Assembly (NCBI GenBank): GCA_046538155.1
Contig: JBKHJL010000013.1
Coordinates: 1 to 23,649, forward strand
Length of the DNA: 23,649 nt
Source: Candidatus Micrarchaeia archaeon
GTDB lineage: Archaea > Micrarchaeota > Micrarchaeia > Anstonellales > Bilamarchaeaceae
Direction of reading: 5' to 3'
Below the pieces are notes generated by a model. That model had not been told where the DNA came from, did no database searches, and was given only the letters and a program-made list of their open reading frames with translations. The position numbers and the translations under genes are program-made. Positions 23,649 to 23,649 of this stretch are shown in pieces (the first letter of the stretch is position 1; each line of letters begins with the position of its first letter).

Positions 23649-23649
23649 T

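Overview
Archaeal genomic DNA, most likely a DPANN (Micrarchaeota-like) organism. This assignment is an inference from a UbiA-family DGGGP synthase, a long-type archaeal FKBP/SlyD, TATA boxes 28-30 nt before apparently leaderless ATGs, and a GGTGAT Shine-Dalgarno. The first 10.2 kb is the 3' part of one giant ORF that is open from base 1 (at least 3397 aa). In order it contains coiled coil, a Gly/Ala-rich hydrophobic segment, several internal repeat families separated by Pro/Lys/Glu linkers, a zincin-like HExxH motif, and a C-terminal PI3K/PI4K/HipA-superfamily kinase-like domain (VFVK...GIIE...GDRHxxN...PIDMD). This layout resembles a multi-effector (polymorphic-toxin-like) protein and is the most interesting feature here. 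Three orphan ORFs follow, then a compact housekeeping block: DGGGP synthase, agmatinase, a CxxC hypothetical, SlyD, a membrane-anchored hypothetical, SMC, a PfkB-fold protein with a degenerate catalytic motif, a secreted SCP2-like protein, MscS, and the 3' end of an acidic ORF. I saw no RNA genes, CRISPR arrays or mobile elements. All domain calls come from reading motifs by eye; no database searches were run.
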